A stretch of 64,000 nt of DNA from positions 62,001 through 126,000 of the forward strand of contig MCFE01000025.1 of NCBI GenBank assembly GCA_002104905.1, in the 5' to 3' direction. Positions within the stretch are counted from its first letter, which is position 1, and every line of letters begins with the position of its first letter. The DNA is from Basidiobolus meristosporus CBS 931.73. Taxonomy: Eukaryota; Fungi; Basidiobolomycota. The notes under the pieces are model-generated. The model saw nothing but the letters and a program-made list of their open reading frames with translations, was not told the origin of the DNA and did not search any database. A program made the position numbers and the translations under genes. Of this stretch, positions 63,483-64,000 are shown in pieces.

Positions 63483-64000
63483 AATACCTGCACTTCCAAC
63501 TCTTGTGAAAACAGCTGTTTTCTTGTTGGTAATTCTTCTTGGCAATGATAGGATTTAGACTGTTCCAGGCCTGTGGCATTGATTGGCAAAAACTGCGGTT
63601 TTTTTGCTTGCCTCCCTGTCTCAGGTTTGGGTAGACATTTTCCCTTTACCTTTTCCTTTATCACTGCCAGGTTCATCACTGCTACTTTGTCTGACTGCCT
63701 CTTGTAATGAGCTATGTATTCTTCTTGCTAAATGCTGCTTTGATGCATCTGTTTTGGCATGGTTGTCTGTTGCTGGCACTGTTCTGGCAACCTGACATTT
63801 CTTTTCCACTTGTTTTGAGCTCTCAGCCATACTTGTGATGGGTGCCTGAGAAAGCTGCTGATTTTAACACTGCCAGGTCCTTCACTGCTACCCTGACTGA
63901 GTGCTTTTTGATTGGTACTACACTTTTTCCTTGATAAAAGTTGAGCTGGCGCATCTGTGTCTGCCTGCTTGTCCCTTATTAGCACTCTTCCAGCTACCTG
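63483..64000 (-). mobile_element. Family X copy running off the right edge, abutting the CACTA terminus
   Basis: DKQADTDAPAQLLSRKK, KKCQVARTVPATDNHAK and KCLPKPETGRQAKKPQFLPINA. Confidence 0.72.

Overview
Fungal genomic DNA with short GT-AG introns and CTAAC-type branch points. The gene set and gene structure suggest an early-diverging lineage (Mucoromycota/Zoopagomycota-like); this is an inference, not an identification. The window has two sharply separated compartments. (1) 1 to ~13.5 kb is a compact, CpG-rich gene block: a P4-ATPase flippase (5' part), a secreted group-XII-PLA2-like protein lacking the catalytic His, an unknown mitochondrial-type coiled-coil protein, a fused trehalose-6-phosphate synthase/phosphatase, glycine cleavage H protein, GatB/PET112 and the CCA-adding enzyme (the last two head-to-head). 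(2) ~13.6 to 64 kb is a CpG-depleted nest of decayed transposons with no recognisable host gene. It holds many copies of an EnSpm/CACTA-type element with CACCC termini, two full-length Ty1/Copia elements with paired LTRs and TSDs, two near-full Ty3/Gypsy copies plus solo or partial LTRs, PIF/Harbinger-type (DDE_Tnp_4) remnants, a 734-bp foldback element with 347-bp arms, and a recurrent unknown ORF with ~69-aa repeats that lies divergently from the CACTA transposase. All alignments and counts were done by eye; no database searches were run.
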